DNA of 64,000 nt from an uncultured Methanospirillum sp. GTDB lineage: Archaea; Halobacteriota; Methanomicrobia; Methanomicrobiales; Methanospirillaceae. Below, one piece after another: positions 39,503 to 48,549 of the stretch. Both the position numbers and the translations under genes were made by a program. Each line of letters starts with the position of its first letter. Positions within the stretch are counted from its first letter, which is position 1. The stretch spans positions 3,703-67,702 of the forward strand of contig CAZCSN010000007.1 of assembly GCA_964501255.1 (NCBI GenBank), written 5' to 3'. The notes beneath the pieces are model-generated. The model was not told where the DNA came from. It ran no database searches and saw only the letters and a program-made list of their open reading frames with translations.

Positions 39503-40237
39503 ATGTCTCACCTGACGCAGACAATTACCCTCTCCCTCTCACCGGATATCATAACCAGGCTCAATCATTTCGCATCAGAGCAGCATGTGCCTGTGGAGGA
39601 TGCTGCACGGGACCTGCTTACTCAGGCTCTCCATATTAAAAAGCATGAGAGTCGCCGGATTGTATCCCCGGATCGGAAAGGGTACATCTCCTCCTCAGAC
39701 CATGATGTTCTGCGTGAGATCATACAGCGACAGGATGAGGAGATCTCCTGGCTCCGGGACCAGATCGCCCGACTTACCACCCTGTCTCCAACACCCCTCG
39801 TGATCAGACATGAATACCCTGTTCTTACGCAGGATCAGGATATCCACGGGATAAATCAGAATGTGAGCGGGCCGGCCGGGCAGGAGCAGCCATCCGCAGT
39901 GAGAGACAAGGAGCCTGAAGAGAGCCCGGTCTTTCCTTCTCACGTCTCTGTGGAAGACGTCCAGTATTCCCTCTCCGAAACCGGAATAGACGCTGAAGAT
40001 CTCATCTCACCGGTTGTTTCAGGACAGGAACGGGGCGGGGACCGTACGCTTCGTGATTCCATCGGAGGAGTCAGGGAAGAGATGATGTATACCATCGCTG
40101 AAGCTGCGGCCATTGCCGGTGAGAGCGAGTCGGTTCTTTTGGAATACATCACCGACGGGTTTTTGCCAGCAGTCCGTGACGGACCGGATTTTCGGATACG
40201 GGGCGTCGACCTTCGCCGGTATATGATGAGCAGATAA
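39503..40237 (+). CDS. DNA-binding protein: N-terminal RHH-like plus C-terminal excisionase-like HTH
   Basis: TITLSLSPDIITRL...ARDLL; coiled coil DEEISWLRDQI; YTIAEAA..YITDGFLPAVR..FRI. Confidence 0.65.
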   Translation: MSHLTQTITLSLSPDIITRLNHFASEQHVPVEDAARDLLTQALHIKKHESRRIVSPDRKGYISSSDHDVLREIIQRQDEEISWLRDQIARLTTLSPTPLVIRHEYPVLTQDQDIHGINQNVSGPAGQEQPSAVRDKEPEESPVFPSHVSVEDVQYSLSETGIDAEDLISPVVSGQERGGDRTLRDSIGGVREEMMYTIAEAAAIAGESESVLLEYITDGFLPAVRDGPDFRIRGVDLRRYMMSR

Positions 40238-40293
40238 CCATCATCCCTTTCCGGCATGCATACTTTTTTAACCTTTCCGGGAGAGCTACCGGT

Positions 40294-41640
40294 ATGTTCT
40301 CTCCTGTTCGGTACCTCATGTTCCTCGGTCTCATTTTTTGTGGCGTGGTGATAGTTGTCACATCCGCTACTGATACGGCATCTCCGGCCCCGGATGTTAT
40401 GATAAAGCCATCCTGCTCCCCGTTCATGGTGGATGACCCGGAGTTTGATTTTGAGCTGAAACGGACCCTGTCCAGTATGTATTCAAAAGGATCAGACCTG
40501 GGTGAGGTCATCGGAACTGCATCACGAATACAGCCGCTCAATTACGAGAACTGGTATGCGGAATGGACAAAGACCGCGGATCATTTTAAAAACGTTGGTG
40601 ATACTGCCTTTGAACGTGGTCACCTGGTATCAGCGCACGATGCATGGCTTCGTGCCCAGACGTATTACCGGACTGCAGAGTTCTTCCTTCATCAAAACCC
40701 GGATGATCCCCGTATCCTGACATCATGGAAGAACAGTGTTGATACGTTCAGGAAAGCCATGGAACTTGACCCGGTTCACATGGAGATTGTGCATATCCCG
40801 TACGAAAATACCACCCTGCCCGGATATTTTTACTCCGCTGACGAATCAGGAGAGAAAAGGCCCCTTCTCATTATTCAGACCGGATATGACGGGACACAGG
40901 AAGAACTCTCCTCCAATGCCCTTGAGGGAGTACGGCGGGGATATCATGTTCTCACCTTTGAAGGACCGGGGCAGGGAGAGGTAATCAGGGTGCAGAAGAT
41001 CCCGTTCAGATATGACTGGGAGAAGGTCGTCGGACCGGTTCTTGACTATGCAGTACAACGGCCGGATGTTGACCCTGAACGGATAGGTCTGTGGGGCATC
41101 AGCATGGGCGGTTATCTGGCACCCCGGGCGGCGGCGTTTGATCACCGGATTCGTGCCCTGATTGCCGACAGTGCCATCTATGATATGGCTTTAGAACAGG
41201 TCAGTCAGTTCAGACAGGGATTTCCTGATCCGCAGAATGTCACCCGTGCGGATGTGTTTGCATATATCCGGGAGAATAAGGACGCTGTCAACGAGGATAT
41301 GTACGCCAGGATGAACAACTCAACCAGTATGGACTGGGCAATGACCCAGGGCATGTATGTCTTTGACGTCCCGACTCCGGCCGATGTGATGCTGACCTAT
41401 GAACCATATACACTTGAGGGTGTGATTGATAAGATTCAGGCATCAACGCTGGTCTGCGACGGCGAAAGTGATTCCAAACTTGGCGGGCAGTCACAGCTCT
41501 TCTATGATGCATTACAATGCCCGAAGACCCTGCTGTTATTTACTGATGAATATTGTGCCGGTGAGCACTGCCAGCTGGGTGCATCCGCTCTCTCATATCA
41601 GGAAAAGTTCGACTGGCTGGATGAGCAGTTACACCCCTGA
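40294..41640 (+). CDS. Exported alpha/beta hydrolase (dihydropseudooxynicotine hydrolase/FrsA-like)
   Basis: TGYDGTQEE, FEGPGQG, GISMGGY, AGEHCQ; signal peptide. Confidence 0.85.
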   Translation: MFSPVRYLMFLGLIFCGVVIVVTSATDTASPAPDVMIKPSCSPFMVDDPEFDFELKRTLSSMYSKGSDLGEVIGTASRIQPLNYENWYAEWTKTADHFKNVGDTAFERGHLVSAHDAWLRAQTYYRTAEFFLHQNPDDPRILTSWKNSVDTFRKAMELDPVHMEIVHIPYENTTLPGYFYSADESGEKRPLLIIQTGYDGTQEELSSNALEGVRRGYHVLTFEGPGQGEVIRVQKIPFRYDWEKVVGPVLDYAVQRPDVDPERIGLWGISMGGYLAPRAAAFDHRIRALIADSAIYDMALEQVSQFRQGFPDPQNVTRADVFAYIRENKDAVNEDMYARMNNSTSMDWAMTQGMYVFDVPTPADVMLTYEPYTLEGVIDKIQASTLVCDGESDSKLGGQSQLFYDALQCPKTLLLFTDEYCAGEHCQLGASALSYQEKFDWLDEQLHP

Positions 41641-41647
41641 AAAATAT

Positions 41648-42472
41648 TTATTTCCAGATGACCTGGAGGGCATTTCTCTTTGGAATCTGGTGGTATCTAT
41701 ATTGCGGGTATCCGATCATCATCCCGTACATCGGCACATGATCCGGTGGAAGACCAAGACCTGCCACGAGTTTTGGTGATTCATTCATTGCTATCTGGAC
41801 AATACCTGCCCAGCAGGTTCCAAGGTCAAATACCGGTGCAGCAAGGTCAAGATGGGTCAGGGCGATGATTGCATCAATAAATGCGACGGGATTGTCCTTA
41901 TGGGCGTAGGCGAACACGAGGTGCGGGGCACCATGGCAGATATGATCCTCTCCCCGTTCCCATGCCCCGATGAACATCGGAAGAATTGGTTTGAGCGGGT
42001 GTCCGGTGTCTGTCTGCATGATTTTGCGTGCCCAATCCACCGTGTCTGCGGCAATCTTTCTGACCCCGTCAGGATTCTCTATGACCAGCCAGCGGACTGA
42101 CTGGCCATTCATGCCGGTCGGGGCATACCTGACCACATCAAGAATCTTTTGCAGCGTTTCCCGTGGAACGGTTTTATTCTTGTAACTCCGGACCGAACGC
42201 CTGACCATCATCAGCCGTGCAAGTTCCTCTGCTGACGGTATGGTATCTGCTGCCCAGTCAGGAACAGGACCGGCTCCTTCATAATGAACGTCAATTGCTC
42301 CCTGTGGACAGACTGCACTGCAATGACCGCATCTGCTGCAGAAGGGGATCTTTTCCGGTATGGCTGATGCGATTTTGGTACCTTCTTTCATTTCAAGAAT
42401 GAAATACGGGCAGAGAGACAAGCAGATTTTACACCCGGTGCATTTTTCCTGATCAATCGTGATAGTCGTCAT
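41648..42472 (-). CDS. Nitroreductase with N-terminal 2x[4Fe-4S] domain
   Basis: CTGCKICLSLCP, CSRCGHCSAVCP, RRSVRSY, APTGMNGQ, GTCWAG. Confidence 0.92.
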   Translation of the reverse strand: MTTITIDQEKCTGCKICLSLCPYFILEMKEGTKIASAIPEKIPFCSRCGHCSAVCPQGAIDVHYEGAGPVPDWAADTIPSAEELARLMMVRRSVRSYKNKTVPRETLQKILDVVRYAPTGMNGQSVRWLVIENPDGVRKIAADTVDWARKIMQTDTGHPLKPILPMFIGAWERGEDHICHGAPHLVFAYAHKDNPVAFIDAIIALTHLDLAAPVFDLGTCWAGIVQIAMNESPKLVAGLGLPPDHVPMYGMMIGYPQYRYHQIPKRNALQVIWK

Positions 42473-42593
42473 GGTATCAATCCCGAAAATGTTTGAAATT
42501 TATTGCACGAATGCCTTAAATTTTCATTACTATACAATTGGTAGTAATTATATTATAAATAATTGCATTCAAATCAATAGCAGATAATCATGT

Positions 42594-42953
42594 ATGAATG
42601 AGAAGGGGCCGTATCATTGTCCGGTCGAAGCGGCTCTGGCTGTTATTGGTGGAAAATGGAAGGCACTCATCATATGGCAGTTAAAAGACGGCCGTCTCCG
42701 GTTTACCCAGCTGATGGATCGCATGCCGATGGTATCGCCCCGGATGCTGACAAAGCAGCTTCGTGAGCTGGAGGATGACGGGGTACTTGCACGGACCATC
42801 TATCCGGAGGTCCCTCCCCGGGTTGAGTATGCTCTTACTGACCTTGGGGTATCGGTCCTGCCGGTCCTTGAAGGGCTCTGTGCATGGGGCTCTGAGTATT
42901 TACTCCATAACGGGTGCTCCCTTCCGGAAAAAAAGGATCCCTGTAAAAAATAG
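42594..42953 (+). CDS. HxlR family transcriptional regulator
   Basis: CPVEAAL..IGGKWK, RMLTKQLRELE, EVPPRVEY. Confidence 0.93.
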   Translation: MNEKGPYHCPVEAALAVIGGKWKALIIWQLKDGRLRFTQLMDRMPMVSPRMLTKQLRELEDDGVLARTIYPEVPPRVEYALTDLGVSVLPVLEGLCAWGSEYLLHNGCSLPEKKDPCKK

Positions 42954-42975
42954 CCGTTTCCAGGCACCCTGATTA

Positions 42976-43440
42976 TCAGGGATGAATGGGAATTGTCCTT
43001 GTCTGGCTGAATGGAATCTTTGGAGCAAACCCAAAGAAGGACGGCTCGGCAATACCATCAACCTTCATCGTTATCTCACCGTTCATCAGGATATGAAACC
43101 CTGCTTTGATAAGGTCTGCATTCCTGGCGGACACCGGAAGCAGTATTGAATTATCCCCGGGTTTTATCTCAACACCCTCCGTCATGGCAGAGCTGAGCGG
43201 CTCGAAGGTCCCGTCTTTCAGATATGAGATATTGGCGGTTATTTTTTGAAACATAACGCCGAACGCATTCGGATTGTGTATATTCAAAGTAACATCCAGA
43301 CCAAGATCAGTGGCATTGATGTATGCAAGCTCAACAGATCCGACGGTTATTGTCGGTTCCTGAAAAAGAGCACTGCATCCACAGAGAAATGGAGCTGCTA
43401 TGAGGATTACGGATACCAGGATACGAATGGGTTTGCTCAT
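42976..43440 (-). CDS. LEA type 2/WHy domain lipoprotein
   Basis: LCGCS, EPTITV, IHNPNAFGV. Confidence 0.85.
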   Translation of the reverse strand: MSKPIRILVSVILIAAPFLCGCSALFQEPTITVGSVELAYINATDLGLDVTLNIHNPNAFGVMFQKITANISYLKDGTFEPLSSAMTEGVEIKPGDNSILLPVSARNADLIKAGFHILMNGEITMKVDGIAEPSFFGFAPKIPFSQTRTIPIHP

Positions 43441-43738
43441 CTCCTCTCCTCCGGCATGGGTATTTGGCCCGGGAGATAATATATGATCTGATCAGAGTGT
43501 TCAAGTACACGGATCTCTGATAAATGAGAAGATTTATCCCTGAATTATTTTCACAGACCAAAATCTCCATACAATTTTTGTTTATTATTTCCTTCAGATT
43601 ACGTGTCTTTTACAGTGTGTTATATGTCTGAAATAAACACCGGAAAAATATCATTTCGTCTTTGTTTGTTTATCTGATAGAAAACCGTTGTAATGAATGC
43701 AATAGTCTTATGGTAATTCATGAGAAATACTATGCATT

Positions 43739-43894
43739 ATGCTACAGGTATCAAATCATCCTTCTCATATATCGCCTATATCTGACGAAGAGAAAAAAAT
43801 ATTGATGGAGAAAATTGATGCATACCGTGGTTTTATTCATATAAAGAATCCGGTGCTCATTGATGAGATAGCCTTATGTGAGGAATTTGAATAA
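43739..43894 (+). CDS. Putative 51-aa antitoxin upstream of the PIN gene
   Basis: Manual translation MLQVSNHPSHISPISDEEKKILMEKIDAYRGFIHIKNPVLIDEIALCEEFE*; acidic end overlaps the PIN start. Confidence 0.55.
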   Translation: MLQVSNHPSHISPISDEEKKILMEKIDAYRGFIHIKNPVLIDEIALCEEFE

Positions 43895-44390
43895 TTTAAG
43901 TGATATTCCATCAGACACGTGGTGTCTGGTAGATACAAATATTCTCATTTATTGGGCATTAGATCATCAGGAATATGGGGCAGAGTGTACTAATTTTATT
44001 AAAAGAGGATTAAAACAGGAAATTTCTCTTTTCATTCCGGCTATTGTATGCAATGAATTTATTCATCGTATGATGATCGCAGAAATATTGGAAAAAAATG
44101 ATGGGATGAGCAGGTTAAAAGCTTTAGATGCATTAAAGCATCAAAAGTTCGATGAGGATTTTTTTTCACAAACCTGGGAACTTGTTGATGTCATAGTATC
44201 AGTCCCTCTTCATATACTTGATTATTCGGAGAATATAATTAGAAAACAACTTCAAATCCTCCAAAAATACCCATTAATGGCTGCCGACGCTTCTGTTGTC
44301 GCAACGGGCATAGAAAATGATATTCATCATATTGCCACACGTGATGCTGATTTTTCTATAATTCCCGGGCTAAATGTATGGAGACCCTGA
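43878..44390 (+). CDS. PIN domain protein (VapC-like toxin)
   Basis: LVDTNILIY, NE, AADASVVA, ATRDADF; AT-rich; start may be TTG at 43887. Confidence 0.9.
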   Translation: MRNLNNLSDIPSDTWCLVDTNILIYWALDHQEYGAECTNFIKRGLKQEISLFIPAIVCNEFIHRMMIAEILEKNDGMSRLKALDALKHQKFDEDFFSQTWELVDVIVSVPLHILDYSENIIRKQLQILQKYPLMAADASVVATGIENDIHHIATRDADFSIIPGLNVWRP

Positions 44391-44499
44391 ATATCAGGAG
44401 ATTTGTTGCTATATATGATAATGCAGGTTCATTGACTCATTCCTTATTCAGTCCAAAAAATGGATAAAAATTAAGTGGTTCCCATCCATACTGGCAAAT

Positions 44500-44877
44500 A
44501 TGAGATTCATTATCCTGATATTGACCATACTTTTCTGTGCATCCGTTCTTTTAGTATCTGCTCAGGAAAATAAGACTTTGGCAGATCAGGACATGGATAA
44601 AATTATTCACCTGCTCAATGAGTCCGGACTGGATATCTCCTATGGAAATGACGGGGAGACGATCTTCTCGATGATCGACTCATCGCTGACCAGGATTATT
44701 CTCTCACTCTCATCCGGTGATCTGGAAGGATTTATGGATATACCGCTCATCCGGGAGACGCTGGATTATTTTGGTCTCTCTGCTGATGAGATAGTCATCA
44801 GTCCGAATGAATCGCCGGGCCGGATGGCTGCAATCGAGGCATACACCCGGAAATATGGGAGCCAAACGGGCGTGTAA
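44500..44877 (+). CDS. Exported hypothetical protein
   Basis: Signal peptide ending VSA-QE. Confidence 0.65.
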   Translation: MRFIILILTILFCASVLLVSAQENKTLADQDMDKIIHLLNESGLDISYGNDGETIFSMIDSSLTRIILSLSSGDLEGFMDIPLIRETLDYFGLSADEIVISPNESPGRMAAIEAYTRKYGSQTGV

Positions 44878-45007
44878 CCCTTATATTACCTGCTGTACAT
44901 ACGATTATCAGCCAAACATGCTCTGATCATCACCGTGCAGGGTCCTTTTTTCAGGAACAAATAAATGCCGTCAATTGCAATCTCCTTTTCATATATTCGG
45001 TGGTATT

Positions 45008-46327
45008 ATGGGTATTCATGAGCAACAGTCCACACCAGCCGTGGGATTTCTCCTCTCTCTGGCACTTGTTCTTCTTGCCACGCTGCCCTGTTTTGCCCAG
45101 GCGGCAGTCTCTGAAGAGCAGATAATCTTCAATGGTCCGTTTTTTGAAAATTATGGGCAGGGGTTTTCCCACTGGACCGGTGATACTGCACCACCCAGCG
45201 GCACCCTGCTCCTTAAAGGAAGTCTGTCTGCCCTGCCTGATGTTGTGGCTCCCGGCGATGAGGTTGAATTCATTCTCACCCTGAACGTCTCGGCGATGAG
45301 CATTGCCGGAAAAGACGGTGCGGTATTACAGAACACCCAGGATCGAATCTGGTCTCTTGATACCGGAAAACTCCTTGGGGAACGGGTAAATTTTACCGTG
45401 ATACCTGATTCTGAACTGCTTGGTATTGGAATCGGCTCTCCGGTCCCGGGTCTTATTTTACGAAGCACGAAGAGGACTCTTACGGTCCCTGTTCCTGAAA
45501 CCGTACAGCCTGGCGTATATTCAGTCAGAGCGGGTATTGCCGGTACAGATATGCGGACCGGGCCGGTCAATATCACCGTACTGAACGGAACGCAGGTATT
45601 CCAGGAAGATACCCTGAATGCATCGGCTGACAGTACCCCAACCCCGGAACCTGCCCCAACTCCTGAACTTTCGTTGCTGGAACCACCTGAAGAACCGGTA
45701 TCTGATCCCCGGTATGCCGGGATGAGTGAAAGAATCGTCAACGAACGGGGAATTCATGTCACCAGTATCTACCCGTACTCCGGTGGAGCAGGCAATACCA
45801 TGGGGATAAAAATATACGGAGACCACTTCACATCCCCGGTCTATGTCACCCTCGTAAAGGACAATGTTGGCATTGACGCGTATAACTATTGTTTTACCGA
45901 GAATCAGAAGTATGGCGTTGTGATGCTGGATATTCCTGAAGATGCAGAGCAGGGGACCTGGAACCTGGTCGTCACCACCAAAACCGGGAAAGCAACCATT
46001 CCTTTTGAAGTGACCGGAAAACAGATCGCACCGGTTATCATATCGGTCGATGCCCCGGTTTTAACCCCTGACAAAGCCGGCGATGTGACGATCACCGGCC
46101 GGGAACTGATGGAGCCCTGTGAAGTCCTTCTTGCCGGAGACACACTTACCTGGTTTTCATATCAGCCAAAACCGGTTCTGACCCATAATACCATGAAAAT
46201 ACGGGTGAAGATTGATGCCCCGCTGTCAGATGAGGTCAAATCAGGGAAACTGGATCTCTTCGTCATCAATAACGACGGAGTGGCATCAGTATACAAAAAG
46301 GCAATCGCTTTTGCGGTTGAATCCTGA
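45008..46327 (+). CDS. Exported multi-domain Ig-like (IPT/TIG-like) surface protein
   Basis: Signal anchor, PTPEPAPTPE linker, VTSIYPYSG..IYGDHF..GTWNLVVT. Confidence 0.7.
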   Translation: MGIHEQQSTPAVGFLLSLALVLLATLPCFAQAAVSEEQIIFNGPFFENYGQGFSHWTGDTAPPSGTLLLKGSLSALPDVVAPGDEVEFILTLNVSAMSIAGKDGAVLQNTQDRIWSLDTGKLLGERVNFTVIPDSELLGIGIGSPVPGLILRSTKRTLTVPVPETVQPGVYSVRAGIAGTDMRTGPVNITVLNGTQVFQEDTLNASADSTPTPEPAPTPELSLLEPPEEPVSDPRYAGMSERIVNERGIHVTSIYPYSGGAGNTMGIKIYGDHFTSPVYVTLVKDNVGIDAYNYCFTENQKYGVVMLDIPEDAEQGTWNLVVTTKTGKATIPFEVTGKQIAPVIISVDAPVLTPDKAGDVTITGRELMEPCEVLLAGDTLTWFSYQPKPVLTHNTMKIRVKIDAPLSDEVKSGKLDLFVINNDGVASVYKKAIAFAVES

Positions 46328-46375
46328 CCCCCTCTCCTCCTAATCAGAGACACATCCCATCCGTGGAGATTATTA

Positions 46376-46402
46376 TACTTTCAGGTAGACTACTTTCAGG
46401 TA
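46376..46402. promoter_or_regulatory. Direct repeat TACTTTCAGGTA x2 abutting the ATPase start
   Basis: Exact 12-bp copies at 46376-46387 and 46391-46402. Confidence 0.55.
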
Positions 46403-47802
46403 TGTTTCTGGATCGGATCCATGAACTCGCAGCCCTGATTCGAAGGTATCACAGTGAAAAGGGTGAACTTCTCATTTTATACGGACGACGACGGGTGGGA
46501 AAAAGTGAACTCATCGATCAGTTCATCAGTCAGACTCATGGGATACGGCTTCTTGCACGGGAAGAATCAAAGCACTTACAACTAAAACGGATATCCTCTG
46601 AATTGGCAGGTTTTTTTCAGGACGATTATCTCCTCCATGCACCGTTTCCGGACTGGGATGCTTTTTTTGTGTACCTGTTAAAACATGGCGACCGACGGGT
46701 GGTTATCGCACTTGATGAATTTCCATATCTTGTTCAGGAGGATGCATCACTCCCGTCTCTTCTGCAGTATTACTGGGACAAAGATCTGCGGACGACTCAT
46801 TTGTATATTATTCTCTCTGGTTCAAGTATTGGTCTAGTCGAATCACAACTCATGTCCTATAAAAGCCCGCTCTATGGGAGACGAACCGGGCAGATATTAC
46901 TCAGGCCGTTCCGGTTTGTCGATTATTATCCATACACACAGGACATACGTACTGCAATCACCCTGTATGCACTCTTTGGAGGGACACCTGCATACTGTCT
47001 GATTGATGAACCATTCCGTGACCTGAAGGAGATTGTATGCCAGAATCTACTCATGGAAGACGCATTTTTATTCCGAGACGTGGAATGTGTCCTTCGGATG
47101 GAGCTCAAAGAACCCAGATATTATTATTCTATCCTCCTCTCCATAGCAAGCGGGAACACCACAATCGGACGTATCGCGAATGATTGCGGGCTTGAAAAGG
47201 GGCTGGTGTCCAAATATCTGGCAACACTTACCGATTTGCAGTTAATTCGCAGAGAAACTCCGGTATTATCCGGTCAGATGAGCCGTAAGGGAATATACCT
47301 GCTCAATGACAATCTCTTCTCATTCTGGTTCCGTTTTGTCTACCCGTATCGAAAAGAGATTGAAATGGGCCAGTCAGAATTTGTATACGATGAGCATATT
47401 GCCCCCTTCTTATCACAGTATATCGGACCCAGGTTTGAAGAGATAATTCTCGATATATTCTATCTCTTTAATGCCTCCGGTATCTTTCCGGTCAGGTTTT
47501 CTGAAATGGGAAGATGGTGGCATAAGGAAGAGGAGATTGACATCGTCGCATGTGATCCGAAATCTGACACCATCCTTTTTTGCGAATGTAAATGGCAGGA
47601 TAATGTCCATGTTGAAAAAATTGTACAGAGTCTGAAAAAGAAAGCTCCCCTTGTACAATGGGGAACGTGTAACCGGCATGAGATATATTGCGTTATCGGC
47701 CGGTCACTTGTACGCCATCGGGAGGATGATCCAATCCTGGCATATGACCTTGATGATCTTGAGCAGATGATCCGTTCGTGTCTGAAATCTGCTGAACGCT
47801 GA
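46402..47802 (+). CDS. Archaeal ATPase with winged helix and DUF234/PD-(D/E)XK-like C-terminus
   Basis: YGRRRVGKS, LDEFPYL, SPLYGRRT, GGTPAY, GRWW..EEIDIV..ECKW. Confidence 0.9.
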   Translation: MFLDRIHELAALIRRYHSEKGELLILYGRRRVGKSELIDQFISQTHGIRLLAREESKHLQLKRISSELAGFFQDDYLLHAPFPDWDAFFVYLLKHGDRRVVIALDEFPYLVQEDASLPSLLQYYWDKDLRTTHLYIILSGSSIGLVESQLMSYKSPLYGRRTGQILLRPFRFVDYYPYTQDIRTAITLYALFGGTPAYCLIDEPFRDLKEIVCQNLLMEDAFLFRDVECVLRMELKEPRYYYSILLSIASGNTTIGRIANDCGLEKGLVSKYLATLTDLQLIRRETPVLSGQMSRKGIYLLNDNLFSFWFRFVYPYRKEIEMGQSEFVYDEHIAPFLSQYIGPRFEEIILDIFYLFNASGIFPVRFSEMGRWWHKEEEIDIVACDPKSDTILFCECKWQDNVHVEKIVQSLKKKAPLVQWGTCNRHEIYCVIGRSLVRHREDDPILAYDLDDLEQMIRSCLKSAER

Positions 47803-48047
47803 TACTCAGTCTCTCATTTTTTTAAGGGCTGCAAGAACTGTCCCTGCAAGAATGGTAATGATCCCTGCTATCGTGAGCAATACCCCCGCGGTGAGTGGAA
47901 ACGGCGCAAGGAATAAAAGGCTGCCTGATAGCAGCCAGAGGAGTATTCCGCCACCCGTCGCAATTATTCCCTTATTGCCAGGTTGTCGATCCGAAAGGCG
48001 GGATGATGGATATATTCCTCCTGAAAAATATCTGATCAGAACCTTTA

Positions 48048-48068
48048 TAGTTAGGTAAAAACTAACTA
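48048..48068. promoter_or_regulatory. Palindromic operator TAGTTAG-N7-CTAACTA upstream of marR
   Basis: Perfect 7-bp inverted repeat overlapping TATA-like TTTATA (48044-48049). Confidence 0.75.
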
Positions 48069-48081
48069 ATTGTAAGTGAGT

Positions 48082-48501
48082 ATGAATGAGCCCCGTGAGC
48101 ATCTGCTTCGGATATTTGAACATCTGATCCGGATGAAAACAGAATGCTCATGCGGGATATATTCCGAATGCTGCCTTTCAGATATCACGATAAAACAGAT
48201 CGCCTATCTGAAGATTATCGACGAACATCCGGATATTACCTTCTCACAACTTGCTGAAATTACCAGAAACTCAAAACCAACCATCACCGGCATGATTCAC
48301 AAACTCAGCCGGATGGACTGCGTATACCGCGAACCATGCCCTCATGACGGGCGGATTTCCTATATCCGGCTTACTGAGAAAGGAGAGAAGATTGCCCGTG
48401 CCGAGCAGAAAGCCCTTATGCAGGTCATTGAACGGCTTATCAGTGCACTGGATGAACAGGAGATTGCTCTTCTTATTGGAATTCTGAATAAGGTTAGGTA
48501 A
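48082..48501 (+). CDS. MarR family regulator with Cys-rich N-terminus
   Basis: ITIKQIAYL, TFSQLA..SKPTITGMIHKL, DGR...LTEKG; ECSC..ECC. Confidence 0.9.
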   Translation: MNEPREHLLRIFEHLIRMKTECSCGIYSECCLSDITIKQIAYLKIIDEHPDITFSQLAEITRNSKPTITGMIHKLSRMDCVYREPCPHDGRISYIRLTEKGEKIARAEQKALMQVIERLISALDEQEIALLIGILNKVR

Positions 48502-48519
48502 TTTTTTTATCTGATCATT

Positions 48520-48540
48520 TAGTTAGGTAAAAACAAACTA
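48520..48540. promoter_or_regulatory. Second operator copy TAGTTAG-N7-CAAACTA upstream of lon
   Basis: 20 of 21 bases identical to 48048-48068. Confidence 0.75.
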
Positions 48541-48549
48541 AACAAAACC

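Noticed and set aside
47806-48123. 105-aa minus-strand ORF with a hydrophobic C-terminus
   Set aside because: Its 5' part overlaps the marR promoter and start. The last ~60 codons may be a membrane-gene remnant but no family was recognised
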